The notes beneath the pieces were generated by a model. That model worked only from the letters and a program-made list of their open reading frames with translations, had not been told where the DNA came from and made no database searches. The position numbers and the translations under genes were made by a program. This document shows positions 18,025 through 26,770 of a DNA stretch of 64,000 nt, in pieces. The stretch is from Candidatus Nomurabacteria bacterium. Its GTDB lineage: Bacteria > Patescibacteriota > Minisyncoccia > Phycocordibacterales > UBA5272. Within the stretch, counting starts at the first letter, position 1. Every line of letters begins with the position of its first letter. The stretch is taken from assembly GCA_040376695.1 (NCBI GenBank), contig JBEIQD010000002.1:114436-178435 (forward strand), given 5' to 3'.

Positions 18025-18570
18025 CTATATCTTCTTAACCTGCAAAAAGTCGAGTTCAACCGGAGTTTCGCGTCCGAACATATTTACAAGCACCTTAAGC
18101 TTTCCACGAGCCTTGTCCACTTCTGACACTTTACCTTCAAAATCCTTGAAAGGTCCATCAGTAATTGAAACAAGTTCCCCTACTTCCATACTGATTTCAT
18201 GAACCACTTCACCTGTATTCATGCGACTAAAGAGGAAATCAATTTCCTGCTGACTAAGTGGTACAGGAGTAGTTCCTGCTCCAACGAATCCTGTTACACG
18301 AGGAGTGTTACGAACGACATACCAACTGTTGTCGTCCACAATCATATCTACAAGAACGTATCCTGGGTAGATCTTTTCTTCCACCTCAACACGCTTTGTT
18401 CCCTTTACCTTGATTTTCTTTTCAAGCGGAACAACGATAGCAAAAATCTTGTTCTCCATTCCTAGAGACTCAATACGCTGCTTCAAGTTACGCTGAACCG
18501 CGTTTTCGTAACCACTGTATGTGTGGATTGCGTACCAATGACGCTCTCCTGTGAATTCTTGTTTAGCCAT
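18025..18570 (-). CDS. nusG: transcription termination/antitermination factor NusG
   Basis: 181 aa with an NGN domain ([11 protein letters not shown]) and a KOW motif. Confidence 0.95.
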   Translation of the reverse strand: MAKQEFTGERHWYAIHTYSGYENAVQRNLKQRIESLGMENKIFAIVVPLEKKIKVKGTKRVEVEEKIYPGYVLVDMIVDDNSWYVVRNTPRVTGFVGAGTTPVPLSQQEIDFLFSRMNTGEVVHEISMEVGELVSITDGPFKDFEGKVSEVDKARGKLKVLVNMFGRETPVELDFLQVKKI

Positions 18571-18593
18571 AGGTTAAAAAATAAAAGTAATAA

Positions 18594-18776
18594 TTATCGA
18601 GCGAGGAGTTTGATAAGACCTTCCTTAAGTCCGAGGTCTACTGCTCCGAGAAGTGCTGCAACGAGGATAGAAAGCGTAACCACAGCAACTGTGTATACAA
18701 TTGTCTGTGAAAGAGATGGGAATGTTACCTCCTTAAGTTCAGCCTTTGTTTCTTTGAAATAATTGAAAAGATTCAT
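18594..18776 (-). CDS. secE: preprotein translocase subunit SecE
   Basis: 60 aa with a single TM helix, located upstream of nusG. Confidence 0.8.
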   Translation of the reverse strand: MNLFNYFKETKAELKEVTFPSLSQTIVYTVAVVTLSILVAALLGAVDLGLKEGLIKLLAR

Positions 18777-18895
18777 AGAGTTTTGATTAGTGTAATAGTC
18801 TTATTCTAAAAAACACCCCCGTGGGTGTATCTGTATTTCAATTATACTAGATGCTATCACTGTTGTCAATGAAGGAGTTCTTGCTTGAACAAGAG

Positions 18896-18922
18896 AAAAA
18901 CCACTGCTTAGCAGTGGTTTTT
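18896..18922. terminator. bidirectional hairpin terminator
   Basis: aaaaaccactgcttagcagtggttttt. Confidence 0.7.
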
Positions 18923-18945
18923 CTCTTTATATACCTTACTCCTAC

Positions 18946-19734
18946 TTAGTCGAGGCTGTAGGTAATGGTCACACGTGACTTAATAACATTTTCACCTGTA
19001 GGAAGAGAAACTTCTGGAACACCAGCTCCCTTTGTTGATTGAAGTGATACCGCATCACGCGCGTAATACATAGGGTAGTATCCACCCGCATCTTCTGAAA
19101 ATTGCATTACTTCACCAAGGTCAGCATGGAGCGCCTTAGCTGTAGCTTTTGCTTTCTCTCGAGCTTCCGCTATAGCCATCTCCTTTGCCTCAGCTTGAGC
19201 TTTATCCATATCTTCTACAGTAAATGAAGGGCCTGAAATTTCAGTTATGTTGACTCCACCAAGAGCTCCAACGATTTCACCTGCCTGTTCGATATTACGA
19301 ATCTTGATTTCTACCATTTGAGAAACTTCGTATCCAACAATTTTCTGATTGGTAACCATACCAGAATAAATCGGTGAGGCAACTGCCACGTTTTCATACT
19401 TTGGATTTACTACATACGAAAGTGTCTTCTGATCCTTCTCTTCAACCCCGAGACCTGAAAGAGCAGTTATTGCTGCAGCAACTTTTGCCTCAGCAAGTTT
19501 CTGAGCATCTGGAACTGTCTTTGCAGATTCACGGATAGTAATAACTACGGTAGCAATATCAGGAAGCGCTGTTACTTCAGCTTCCCCTGTTACCGTAATA
19601 GTCCCTGGCTGCCCGTTTGGATTATTAACAGATTTCCATTCTGACGCACCGAGTGCTACTGTTGCAAAAAAGATTCCGATAAGAGCAAACATTCCCGCAA
19701 CCCACGTATATTTTTTATAATCAAATGATTCCAT
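18946..19734 (-). CDS. SIMPL-domain (DUF541/BP26-like) periplasmic/secreted protein
   Basis: 262 aa with an N-terminal TM/signal sequence and SIMPL-like motifs (ITVTGEAEV...VVNPKYEN...VTITYSL). Confidence 0.6.
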   Translation of the reverse strand: MESFDYKKYTWVAGMFALIGIFFATVALGASEWKSVNNPNGQPGTITVTGEAEVTALPDIATVVITIRESAKTVPDAQKLAEAKVAAAITALSGLGVEEKDQKTLSYVVNPKYENVAVASPIYSGMVTNQKIVGYEVSQMVEIKIRNIEQAGEIVGALGGVNITEISGPSFTVEDMDKAQAEAKEMAIAEAREKAKATAKALHADLGEVMQFSEDAGGYYPMYYARDAVSLQSTKGAGVPEVSLPTGENVIKSRVTITYSLD

Positions 19735-19821
19735 AACGATATATATTATTAATTAAATTTGTTTCCAGTAACCCCTATAACAGTTGAAAAGAAAATCTGT
19801 GACATTTTCTTTTCAACAGCA

Positions 19822-20535
19822 TTACAATCGTCCGTTACTGTACATGTACCCGAGCAAGAGAAGAATAACAAGCAACATAACGCATGCCATTATTACCAAC
19901 TTCTCGTCTCCGTTTGAGGGCTGAGCACTCGCTTGTGACACCGGAACAAAAGACTGAACTCTTTCTGGAGTTTTATACACAACCCTTTCTTCTACGACAG
20001 GTGTCTGCGTTTTTATTTCTGAATGACTCACTTCTGCATGCGCTTCTTCTGTGGTGTTTTCATAGAACACATCCTTATACCTAGAAAGAGGCCAGATATG
20101 TTCAGACGTTTCAAACGGACGTAATGGTAAGTTATGAGGCAAACCATCTCTTGTTTCAGTACTCTGAACGGGCGCAGACGATATGAGAGATTGCTGTTCA
20201 ATACTAGGAGTGGCGATTACCACGGGTGATACATCGGCAGGTTGAGCTTCTGGTTCTTCTTTCACTTCAACAACTTCGTCATTGTGAGCAAGCAGCAAGT
20301 GTTTATCATCCACTGTTGAGGGTAATACCAACTCAGTCTCTACAGGAGGTAATGGTATATATTCTTTCTCTGGAGAATCTTGAGGGCTTCCAGATTTAAA
20401 CATCATCCTTGCTTCCTCTACTTGCTTTTCTTCCCAACCCCCAGAACGTAAGAGAGTAACAAGCATGCCTTCATCAAGCCCTGGGTGACGGGCGCGAAGT
20501 GTATCTAATGTTTGTTCTATCTCATGTAAGGTCAT
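19822..20535 (-). CDS. hypothetical C-tail-anchored protein (Glu/Pro-rich)
   Basis: 237 aa with a C-terminal TM helix. It overlaps the downstream ligase gene by 1 nt. Confidence 0.4.
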   Translation of the reverse strand: MTLHEIEQTLDTLRARHPGLDEGMLVTLLRSGGWEEKQVEEARMMFKSGSPQDSPEKEYIPLPPVETELVLPSTVDDKHLLLAHNDEVVEVKEEPEAQPADVSPVVIATPSIEQQSLISSAPVQSTETRDGLPHNLPLRPFETSEHIWPLSRYKDVFYENTTEEAHAEVSHSEIKTQTPVVEERVVYKTPERVQSFVPVSQASAQPSNGDEKLVIMACVMLLVILLLLGYMYSNGRL

Positions 20536-22622
20536 TATTTTTTAGGGGCAGTCTCTGTTTGGGTCGACAAAGATGTGACGAGTGCCTTAATGTCTGCGTT
20601 TTCTGGATTTCTTTTAAGAAGTTCTTCGGCGATTGGTTTTGCCAAATCAGCACGTCCGCCGTCTCGAAGAGATAGTGCAAGAAAGTACGCAACATTTGCA
20701 TTGTTTGGATCTTTTTCAAGTGCAGTGTTAAGTGCTGTGACAGCATTTTGATAATCTTTTTTACCGTAATAAAGAAGACCTGCTTGTGTATACACCAATG
20801 GATCTTGTGGTGCATTCTTTACTGCCTCAAGTGCGTACGTAAGAGCTTCATCAATCTTATCTTCAGATGCTTCAAGTTGGCTCATTAAGTACAAAGCATC
20901 CGCAAAGTTTTGCTTCTTCTTAAGGGCTTCACCTAACTGCGCACGAACACCTTCTTTTGTTCCGGCTGAAGCTTCAAGTCGTGCAAGCATCACATACAGG
21001 TATGGATTATTTGGATACAACTTAACCGCCTCTTCATATGATTTCTTTGCGCGATTATATCCTTCCTCTTTTTCAAAAGGAATCGTTAACTCATACGCTC
21101 TACCAAGTGACACATAGTTCTGGTAGTTGTTACCATTTACCTTTACCGCATCCAGTCCTGCATTTAATGCTGCTTGAGCCTTTTCTAGATACTGTGTTTG
21201 AAGTGCTGCTTGATCTTCAGTTGCACCAGAAACAAGAATACGCTCTCCAGCAATGTAGTACTCTACTAGTGCTCTATAGAATCCATCGTACTGGTATATT
21301 GCTGTTGCGCCCGTAAGGAGCTTCCCAACTTCTTCAGTTGGACCTTTTGAGCTGAACATAGTTTGAGCCTTACTAAAGGCAGAAAACGCTTGCGCTTTTT
21401 GTGCAATCATTACCATGTTCACAACAAACAAAAGTGCTAGTGGGATAAAAAGATATGCAAGTCTCTTGCTTGGGTGATACTCAGACAACTGTGCTTTAGC
21501 AAGTCCCAAACCTGCAACAACCATCCACACAACCAACATCGCAAATGACAACGGAAGAATCCAAGAAACTATTGCCATGTACAAGAGCACAAGAGCAAGA
21601 AATCCTGTAATGAAATGATCTTCCGTTTCTCTTGTTTTTAGGTAACTTATGAATGTACTAAATAATGCCGAAAGTGTCAGCATAAGAAAACTAAGAAGTC
21701 CTACAATACCAACTGTAGTAAGTAGTGTTGTTACTGTACTGAACCCTTGATTAAATTCATATCCAAAGTATGGGGAAGCAATAACATTCATCGGACGGTA
21801 GAGCTGCCACGCGCGCGTATAATCCCCTGCTCCAATTCCAAATATCCCATCTTGAAATAGAACACTCTTTCCAACTGCAAACGAACTTACAAAATTAGGG
21901 CGAATAGCGTCAGATGATGCGATACTCACAATCCATGCAAGAAACACCATTGCGGTTGTTATAACAATAAACTTATAACGATTTTTAATTTTTGCTTTCT
22001 TTGAAAAGAAGAAGGCTCCAAGTACGAAGATTCCAACATATGCACTGAACGAAACTGAGTTTGAAAATCCTGAGAAAGCATTTTCAAATGTATCCATAAA
22101 TGTTCCATTAAACATTCTCCCAATCATAAGAATAAACACGGAGACTCCTAGAATGATTGCAAGAATATATTTCATTCGCAGACGCAATGTGTCAGGAAGT
22201 GTTCGAACAAGGTACACAATAACAGGAAGCGCTAAGAGCGAAACTCCTGCTAGCGGATTAAAAGCGTCCCCAAAGAGTGCGCTTCTTTGATCTCGTGCAA
22301 ACAGTACAGAAAAGATGACTGCAAGAGAAAATGCAAAGTAAGAGATAAACTCAAGACGAGATACGCTATGCCACTGACGCTTTAAAACTGCTGACACAGC
22401 GTATGAAATGAGCGCAACAGACACTACTACCATCATAGTAATGTAGTACGTAATCTCAGGAGCAAATCCAGTTCCTGGAATAAAGAAAAGAGGTGACCCT
22501 ACGATAATAAAAACTGTTGCATACTGATAAAGTCGTGTTAAAAAAGAAGCTAAAAATTTCATTGTATAAATTGAGTTAATGTAATGCCTATATAGATTCA
22601 GTATAGCTCTTTTAAGATACAA
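20535..22622 (-). CDS. O-antigen ligase-like (Wzy_C) polytopic membrane protein fused to C-terminal TPR repeats
   Basis: 695 aa. The N-terminal ~400 aa hold about 12 TM helices. The C-terminal ~280 aa carry repeated TPR-like A..Y..A motifs. Confidence 0.5.
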   Translation of the reverse strand: MYLKRAILNLYRHYINSIYTMKFLASFLTRLYQYATVFIIVGSPLFFIPGTGFAPEITYYITMMVVVSVALISYAVSAVLKRQWHSVSRLEFISYFAFSLAVIFSVLFARDQRSALFGDAFNPLAGVSLLALPVIVYLVRTLPDTLRLRMKYILAIILGVSVFILMIGRMFNGTFMDTFENAFSGFSNSVSFSAYVGIFVLGAFFFSKKAKIKNRYKFIVITTAMVFLAWIVSIASSDAIRPNFVSSFAVGKSVLFQDGIFGIGAGDYTRAWQLYRPMNVIASPYFGYEFNQGFSTVTTLLTTVGIVGLLSFLMLTLSALFSTFISYLKTRETEDHFITGFLALVLLYMAIVSWILPLSFAMLVVWMVVAGLGLAKAQLSEYHPSKRLAYLFIPLALLFVVNMVMIAQKAQAFSAFSKAQTMFSSKGPTEEVGKLLTGATAIYQYDGFYRALVEYYIAGERILVSGATEDQAALQTQYLEKAQAALNAGLDAVKVNGNNYQNYVSLGRAYELTIPFEKEEGYNRAKKSYEEAVKLYPNNPYLYVMLARLEASAGTKEGVRAQLGEALKKKQNFADALYLMSQLEASEDKIDEALTYALEAVKNAPQDPLVYTQAGLLYYGKKDYQNAVTALNTALEKDPNNANVAYFLALSLRDGGRADLAKPIAEELLKRNPENADIKALVTSLSTQTETAPKK

Positions 22623-22838
22623 ATACTGTGGACAGTATGCGTGAAGATTGAGGTGCTCTATAGGCTATACTGTAGATATCTATGAACGAACAATTTACTC
22701 CTTCTCCATCTGAAAATACAATACAACAACCAAGTGGTCCTACTCACTCTTTTCTTCATAAAATACTTTTCTTTTTCTTTGTAATTCTTTTCATTGTCGC
22801 GCTTCTGTATCTTGTATACCATAACGGAAAAAGTATCT

Positions 22839-24413
22839 ATGTTAACGGTATCTAAACATGAAGGCGCTTCTGTTCCACCTCTTTTTGCGGACCTTTCAAA
22901 AATAATTCTGGGAGATGTTGATTGTTCACATCTTGCAATAAAAACACACAGCACTGATGGTTCACCTTATAGTGTTCGCCCGCAAGCCATCCTCTATCCG
23001 AAAACAACTGGCGACATCAAACATGCAATCGCTTTTGCTCGCGAATATCAAATCCCTCTCACTGTTTCTGGTGGGCAAACATCAGCAAGTGGAAGCGCTC
23101 TGAGCGAAGGAATACTTCTCGATATGACGAGATACTTTTCTCATACTCGAACAATGAATGCAATGGAACACACGGTGATAGTTGACGCAGGTGTGCGAAT
23201 TGATGATCTTAAAGAAAAACTTGCTTCGTGGAATATGGAAATACCTGTGCTTCAAGATGAACATGGGGATGCGACGGTTGGTGGATTGGTCGCGACAAAA
23301 AGCGCCACAGCAAGCACCTTCTATGCAGGAACTATTCGTGAATGGATTGAAGCAATAACTGTTGTGGTTGATACAGGAGAAGAGCATCATTTGAAAGACG
23401 GGATTAGTCCAAGCGGTAGACTCTTGGGTATTTACCAATCAGTCTTCCCTCTTCTTTCAGCTTCTGGTCCAACCCTTCGTGCGGCAAGACGAGAATGCAG
23501 TGATGACGCTACAGGATATTCATTATGGAATGTTTCCATTGGACCTCGTCAGCTTATTGATAATCTTGTCGGCTCAGAAGGTACGCTTGCAGTCATCACC
23601 TCTGTTACCTTTCGTATTGTACAAAAGAAGAAACACACTGCCACAATTCTTATTCCTGTGTCTGATTCTACAAAAATAGAAAGTTATGTAGATGTTGCAA
23701 AACATCACCGTGCACACCGTCTCTTTATTTTCGATGAAACATTTAGAACGCTTACTGACACATTTCATACAGGATTGTTGCAAAAAACACTTACTCGCTC
23801 ACCATTTACGCTCGTCGTCTCTCTACAAGGAGATGATCTCCCTCTTCTTATGAAGGAAGTAAAAGCTCTTTCAAAAGCATTAGTTGATACTGACGAACTG
23901 GAATTACTTGATGAAAGAACGGCTTCTACGATTATGAGTCATTCTTTTCTTACTTCTCTTTTTCAATCATACTCAAAAGGTCTCCACATGATCGCAACCG
24001 CAGGAAGTGGAATCATTGTTCCTATGCGCTCATACAATGAGTGCGCACAAGCTCTTACAACACACATGGGATTAACGGGAAAACTTTTTACCCTTACAGG
24101 ATTTGTAGGAAGTGGACATATTGCAATAACCACAGCATTTGATTCTCAAAGCTCTACCTATGAAAAAGAACTGCAAACATACCGTGAAAATCTTTTTCAT
24201 ATTGTTGAGACATGGAAAGGAGGAATAAGTGCGGTTGGAGGCGATGGACTTGAGAGGACTGCAGCTCTTTCACATGTGTACAATGAAGCAACCCGTGAGA
24301 TATTCAAAAAAGTAAAAGAAGCTTGGGATCCACTTTCTATTTTTAATCCAAGTAAAAAAATACACATCTCAAAGGACTACCTTATTCAACATGCAGTACG
24401 CAGCTTAGAGTAA
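22839..24413 (+). CDS. FAD-binding (PCMH-type) oxidoreductase
   Basis: FAD-binding segment IPLTVSGGQTSASGSAL. A ~520-aa GlcD/FAD-linked oxidase family. The start was taken at the internal Met. Confidence 0.55.
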   Translation: MLTVSKHEGASVPPLFADLSKIILGDVDCSHLAIKTHSTDGSPYSVRPQAILYPKTTGDIKHAIAFAREYQIPLTVSGGQTSASGSALSEGILLDMTRYFSHTRTMNAMEHTVIVDAGVRIDDLKEKLASWNMEIPVLQDEHGDATVGGLVATKSATASTFYAGTIREWIEAITVVVDTGEEHHLKDGISPSGRLLGIYQSVFPLLSASGPTLRAARRECSDDATGYSLWNVSIGPRQLIDNLVGSEGTLAVITSVTFRIVQKKKHTATILIPVSDSTKIESYVDVAKHHRAHRLFIFDETFRTLTDTFHTGLLQKTLTRSPFTLVVSLQGDDLPLLMKEVKALSKALVDTDELELLDERTASTIMSHSFLTSLFQSYSKGLHMIATAGSGIIVPMRSYNECAQALTTHMGLTGKLFTLTGFVGSGHIAITTAFDSQSSTYEKELQTYRENLFHIVETWKGGISAVGGDGLERTAALSHVYNEATREIFKKVKEAWDPLSIFNPSKKIHISKDYLIQHAVRSLE

Positions 24414-24415
24414 GC

Positions 24416-24808
24416 TTACTTTAAAAGATGTTTTATTTGATCCTTAGGGTCAAAACTTCCTCGAACAATTTCTCTCGCCCAAATACGAAATTCTTTTCCC
24501 CACTCACCTTTCACGCGAAACCCGAGCGCAATAACAACATCAGGATTATATACAAATATTTTTCTAGCAACCTTTTTCTTCCCTTCAGCTTGGGTCACTA
24601 TAAGTTCTCGCTCGCTTAGTGACTTAGTAAGTTCTTTTTCTCGGTAGATTTTCTTTAAGTGATCATTGACGGTTGGAATACTTCTCCCGTAAATACGAGC
24701 AATTCTTTTCTGTGTACTCCACACTTCATTATCCAAAATGAAAACACCCTCTTTTACTAACTTGGGGTATTGGTCCATATGCACATGCATAAGGTTCGAG
24801 TTCTTCAT
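24416..24808 (-). CDS. RhuM-family protein (N-terminal DNA-binding part)
   Basis: YNPDVVIALGFRVKGEWGKEFRIWAREIV resembles the RhuM motif YNLDAIISVGYRVNSKRGTQFRQWAT. Confidence 0.5.
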   Translation of the reverse strand: MKNSNLMHVHMDQYPKLVKEGVFILDNEVWSTQKRIARIYGRSIPTVNDHLKKIYREKELTKSLSERELIVTQAEGKKKVARKIFVYNPDVVIALGFRVKGEWGKEFRIWAREIVRGSFDPKDQIKHLLK

Positions 24809-24824
24809 ATCAAAAGTATACCAC

Positions 24825-25271
24825 TTAGAACTTGTTAGTTTTTCTCACCTCTTCTCGTACTTCCATCCACAATTTTCCAAGATGGTTCTTTCCATCTTTA
24901 TTCGGACCCCAGCCCCAGAAATTATCTCGCCAAGAATCTTCAACAAGTTCTCTATCTCCGGATTCGAGCAGCTTCTTTAATACGTATGGATGCTGTGCAA
25001 CTTTCGCATGAAGAATTTCTTTCATAACACTAAGCTTGATTTCATTCCAATCAGGACGTTGAAGTGGTTTATTCACTTGAGCGTATGTGAAGGCATCATG
25101 AGCTGATCGCATACCTGCGATAGCTTGCTTCATACTTTCATCTGTAAAACGTTCAGCGTGATATGCATGCTCTGATGTCATCCACACCACCCCTTTCCGT
25201 TCAAGGGCAAACGAAGAGAAGTTCGAAAACACATAATACTCATGTTCGTAGAAACAAATAGGCTCGTTCAT
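24825..25271 (-). CDS. NADAR-domain protein (YbiA-like N-glycosidase, DUF1768)
   Basis: FYEHEYYVFSNFSSF...WMTSEHAYHAERF. Confidence 0.75.
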   Translation of the reverse strand: MNEPICFYEHEYYVFSNFSSFALERKGVVWMTSEHAYHAERFTDESMKQAIAGMRSAHDAFTYAQVNKPLQRPDWNEIKLSVMKEILHAKVAQHPYVLKKLLESGDRELVEDSWRDNFWGWGPNKDGKNHLGKLWMEVREEVRKTNKF

Positions 25272-25290
25272 TCTGTGAGTATACCAAAAT

Positions 25291-25314
25291 AAAAGCGGCC
25301 GTACGGCCGCTTTT
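25291..25314. terminator. bidirectional hairpin terminator
   Basis: aaaagcggccgtacggccgctttt. Confidence 0.75.
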
Positions 25315-25316
25315 AT

Positions 25317-25847
25317 TTATCTATTTACTAGAACAGTGATAGCTTTTTTCAAATGTTCCCGAGTAGACTCGTCGGTAAGTTTTCCTTCAGCGTTAAACTT
25401 TTCATGTGCCGAACTAAGGTAAAATTCTGGTTGTCCTAGAACGTTTCCATTAAGGTACAACATAACTTGCTTAAGATGTGACTGTCCAAGTGTTGTTCCG
25501 GTTGGTGCGGGTGTTGTTCCGAGAATGAGAACAGGCTTTGCATCAAAAGCGTTCATTCCATATGGTCGAGACGCCCAATCAATAGCATTCTTAAGTACTC
25601 CTGGAATTGAGCGATTGTATTCTGGTGTTGCAAAAATAACTCCATCAGAAGCAAGTATTTTATCCTTAAGTGCTTGTGCTTCAGCTGGAAAAGAAACTTC
25701 CAAATCCTGATTATAAAGCGGAATTGATGAGATATCGTATATCTCAATGTTAGCAACCCCTTCCGCGACTTCTTTCGCAGCTTCTAGTAAACGTGTATTG
25801 AAAGAATCCTTACGGAGACTTCCTGACATAGCAATAAATGTTTTCAT
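25317..25847 (-). CDS. NAD(P)H-dependent FMN reductase
   Basis: 176 aa with an FMN_red fold (MKTFIAMSGSLRKDSFN...). Confidence 0.8.
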   Translation of the reverse strand: MKTFIAMSGSLRKDSFNTRLLEAAKEVAEGVANIEIYDISSIPLYNQDLEVSFPAEAQALKDKILASDGVIFATPEYNRSIPGVLKNAIDWASRPYGMNAFDAKPVLILGTTPAPTGTTLGQSHLKQVMLYLNGNVLGQPEFYLSSAHEKFNAEGKLTDESTREHLKKAITVLVNR

Positions 25848-25913
25848 GGTTTCAAATATATTCTTAGGTAGTAAGAATCTGAGTGTACGTTAGTTACTTT
25901 ACTTTGTAAAGTA

Positions 25914-26258
25914 TTGTATACTAGGAACATGAAAAAGCTAGACGAAAAAGATCCTGATTTTTGTCCCATTGCTCGCGTAGCCGAGCTTCTTGGTGATCCT
26001 TGCACGCTTCTTATCGTAAGAGATCTTCTTAAAGGAAATAAGCGGTTCAAAGATTTTGAGGAGTCCCTCTCGCCCATGAGCACTCGCACCATCAGCAACA
26101 AACTGAAAATTTTGGAAGAAAAAAACATTATTACAAGAACAGAGTTCAAGGAGAAGCCGCCGCGTGTGGAGTATGCGTTAACAAAAGAAGGTTTAAAGTT
26201 GCATGGACTGATTGAAGAAATGAAAACGTACGGGAAAAAGTATCTACAAAGAATTTAA
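25914..26258 (+). CDS. HxlR-family transcriptional regulator
   Basis: CPIARVAELLGDPCTLLIVRDL...RTISNKLKILEEKNII. It is divergent from the FMN reductase. Confidence 0.85.
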   Translation: MYTRNMKKLDEKDPDFCPIARVAELLGDPCTLLIVRDLLKGNKRFKDFEESLSPMSTRTISNKLKILEEKNIITRTEFKEKPPRVEYALTKEGLKLHGLIEEMKTYGKKYLQRI

Positions 26259-26689
26259 AGCACCTCTTGAGTAAAAATACTTTTTAGTTTTGTGGCGTCC
26301 GAAAAATCGGTTATCTGTTCTGGTGCATGATTAAGGATATTAAAACCCATTTCATCGTAGCGAGGAACTAGATGCCAATGAACATGTTTTACTTCATCAA
26401 GATACAGAAGATACACTTTTTCTAGACCATACACTTCGCGTACAGCTTTTCTCGTTAACTCAACAATATCCATAAGATACTCATACTCTTCCCTATTTAA
26501 CATCTGAATATCTTCCCTTCTTTCTTTCCAAACCACAATAGAGTGTCCTTGTGTAATAGGAAATGAGGCAAGACAAACATATACCTTGTCGTCTTCATAA
26601 TAAATAGATTCCAGCGGCGGAGTTAATAAGTCTTCCATGTTATTGCTTAGTATATCAGTTCGAAATAACAACAAAATAACCGCCTTCAA
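26255..26689 (-). CDS. HIT-family (histidine triad) hydrolase
   Basis: HVHWHLVPR histidine triad. Confidence 0.7.
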   Translation of the reverse strand: MKAVILLLFRTDILSNNMEDLLTPPLESIYYEDDKVYVCLASFPITQGHSIVVWKERREDIQMLNREEYEYLMDIVELTRKAVREVYGLEKVYLLYLDEVKHVHWHLVPRYDEMGFNILNHAPEQITDFSDATKLKSIFTQEVL

Positions 26690-26702
26690 ATTGAAGGCGG
26701 TT
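26678..26702. terminator. bidirectional hairpin terminator
   Basis: aaccgccttcaaattgaaggcggtt with flanking A/T runs. Confidence 0.75.
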
Positions 26703-26770
26703 ATTTTGTTGTGAAAACTGTGTGCCGTAGTAGAGATGATTAGAACCAGTATAACCCACCCATCTCCACA

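Noticed and set aside
22658-22954. 98-aa minus-strand ORF
   Set aside because: Overlaps the 5' end of the FAD oxidase gene on the opposite strand. No features.
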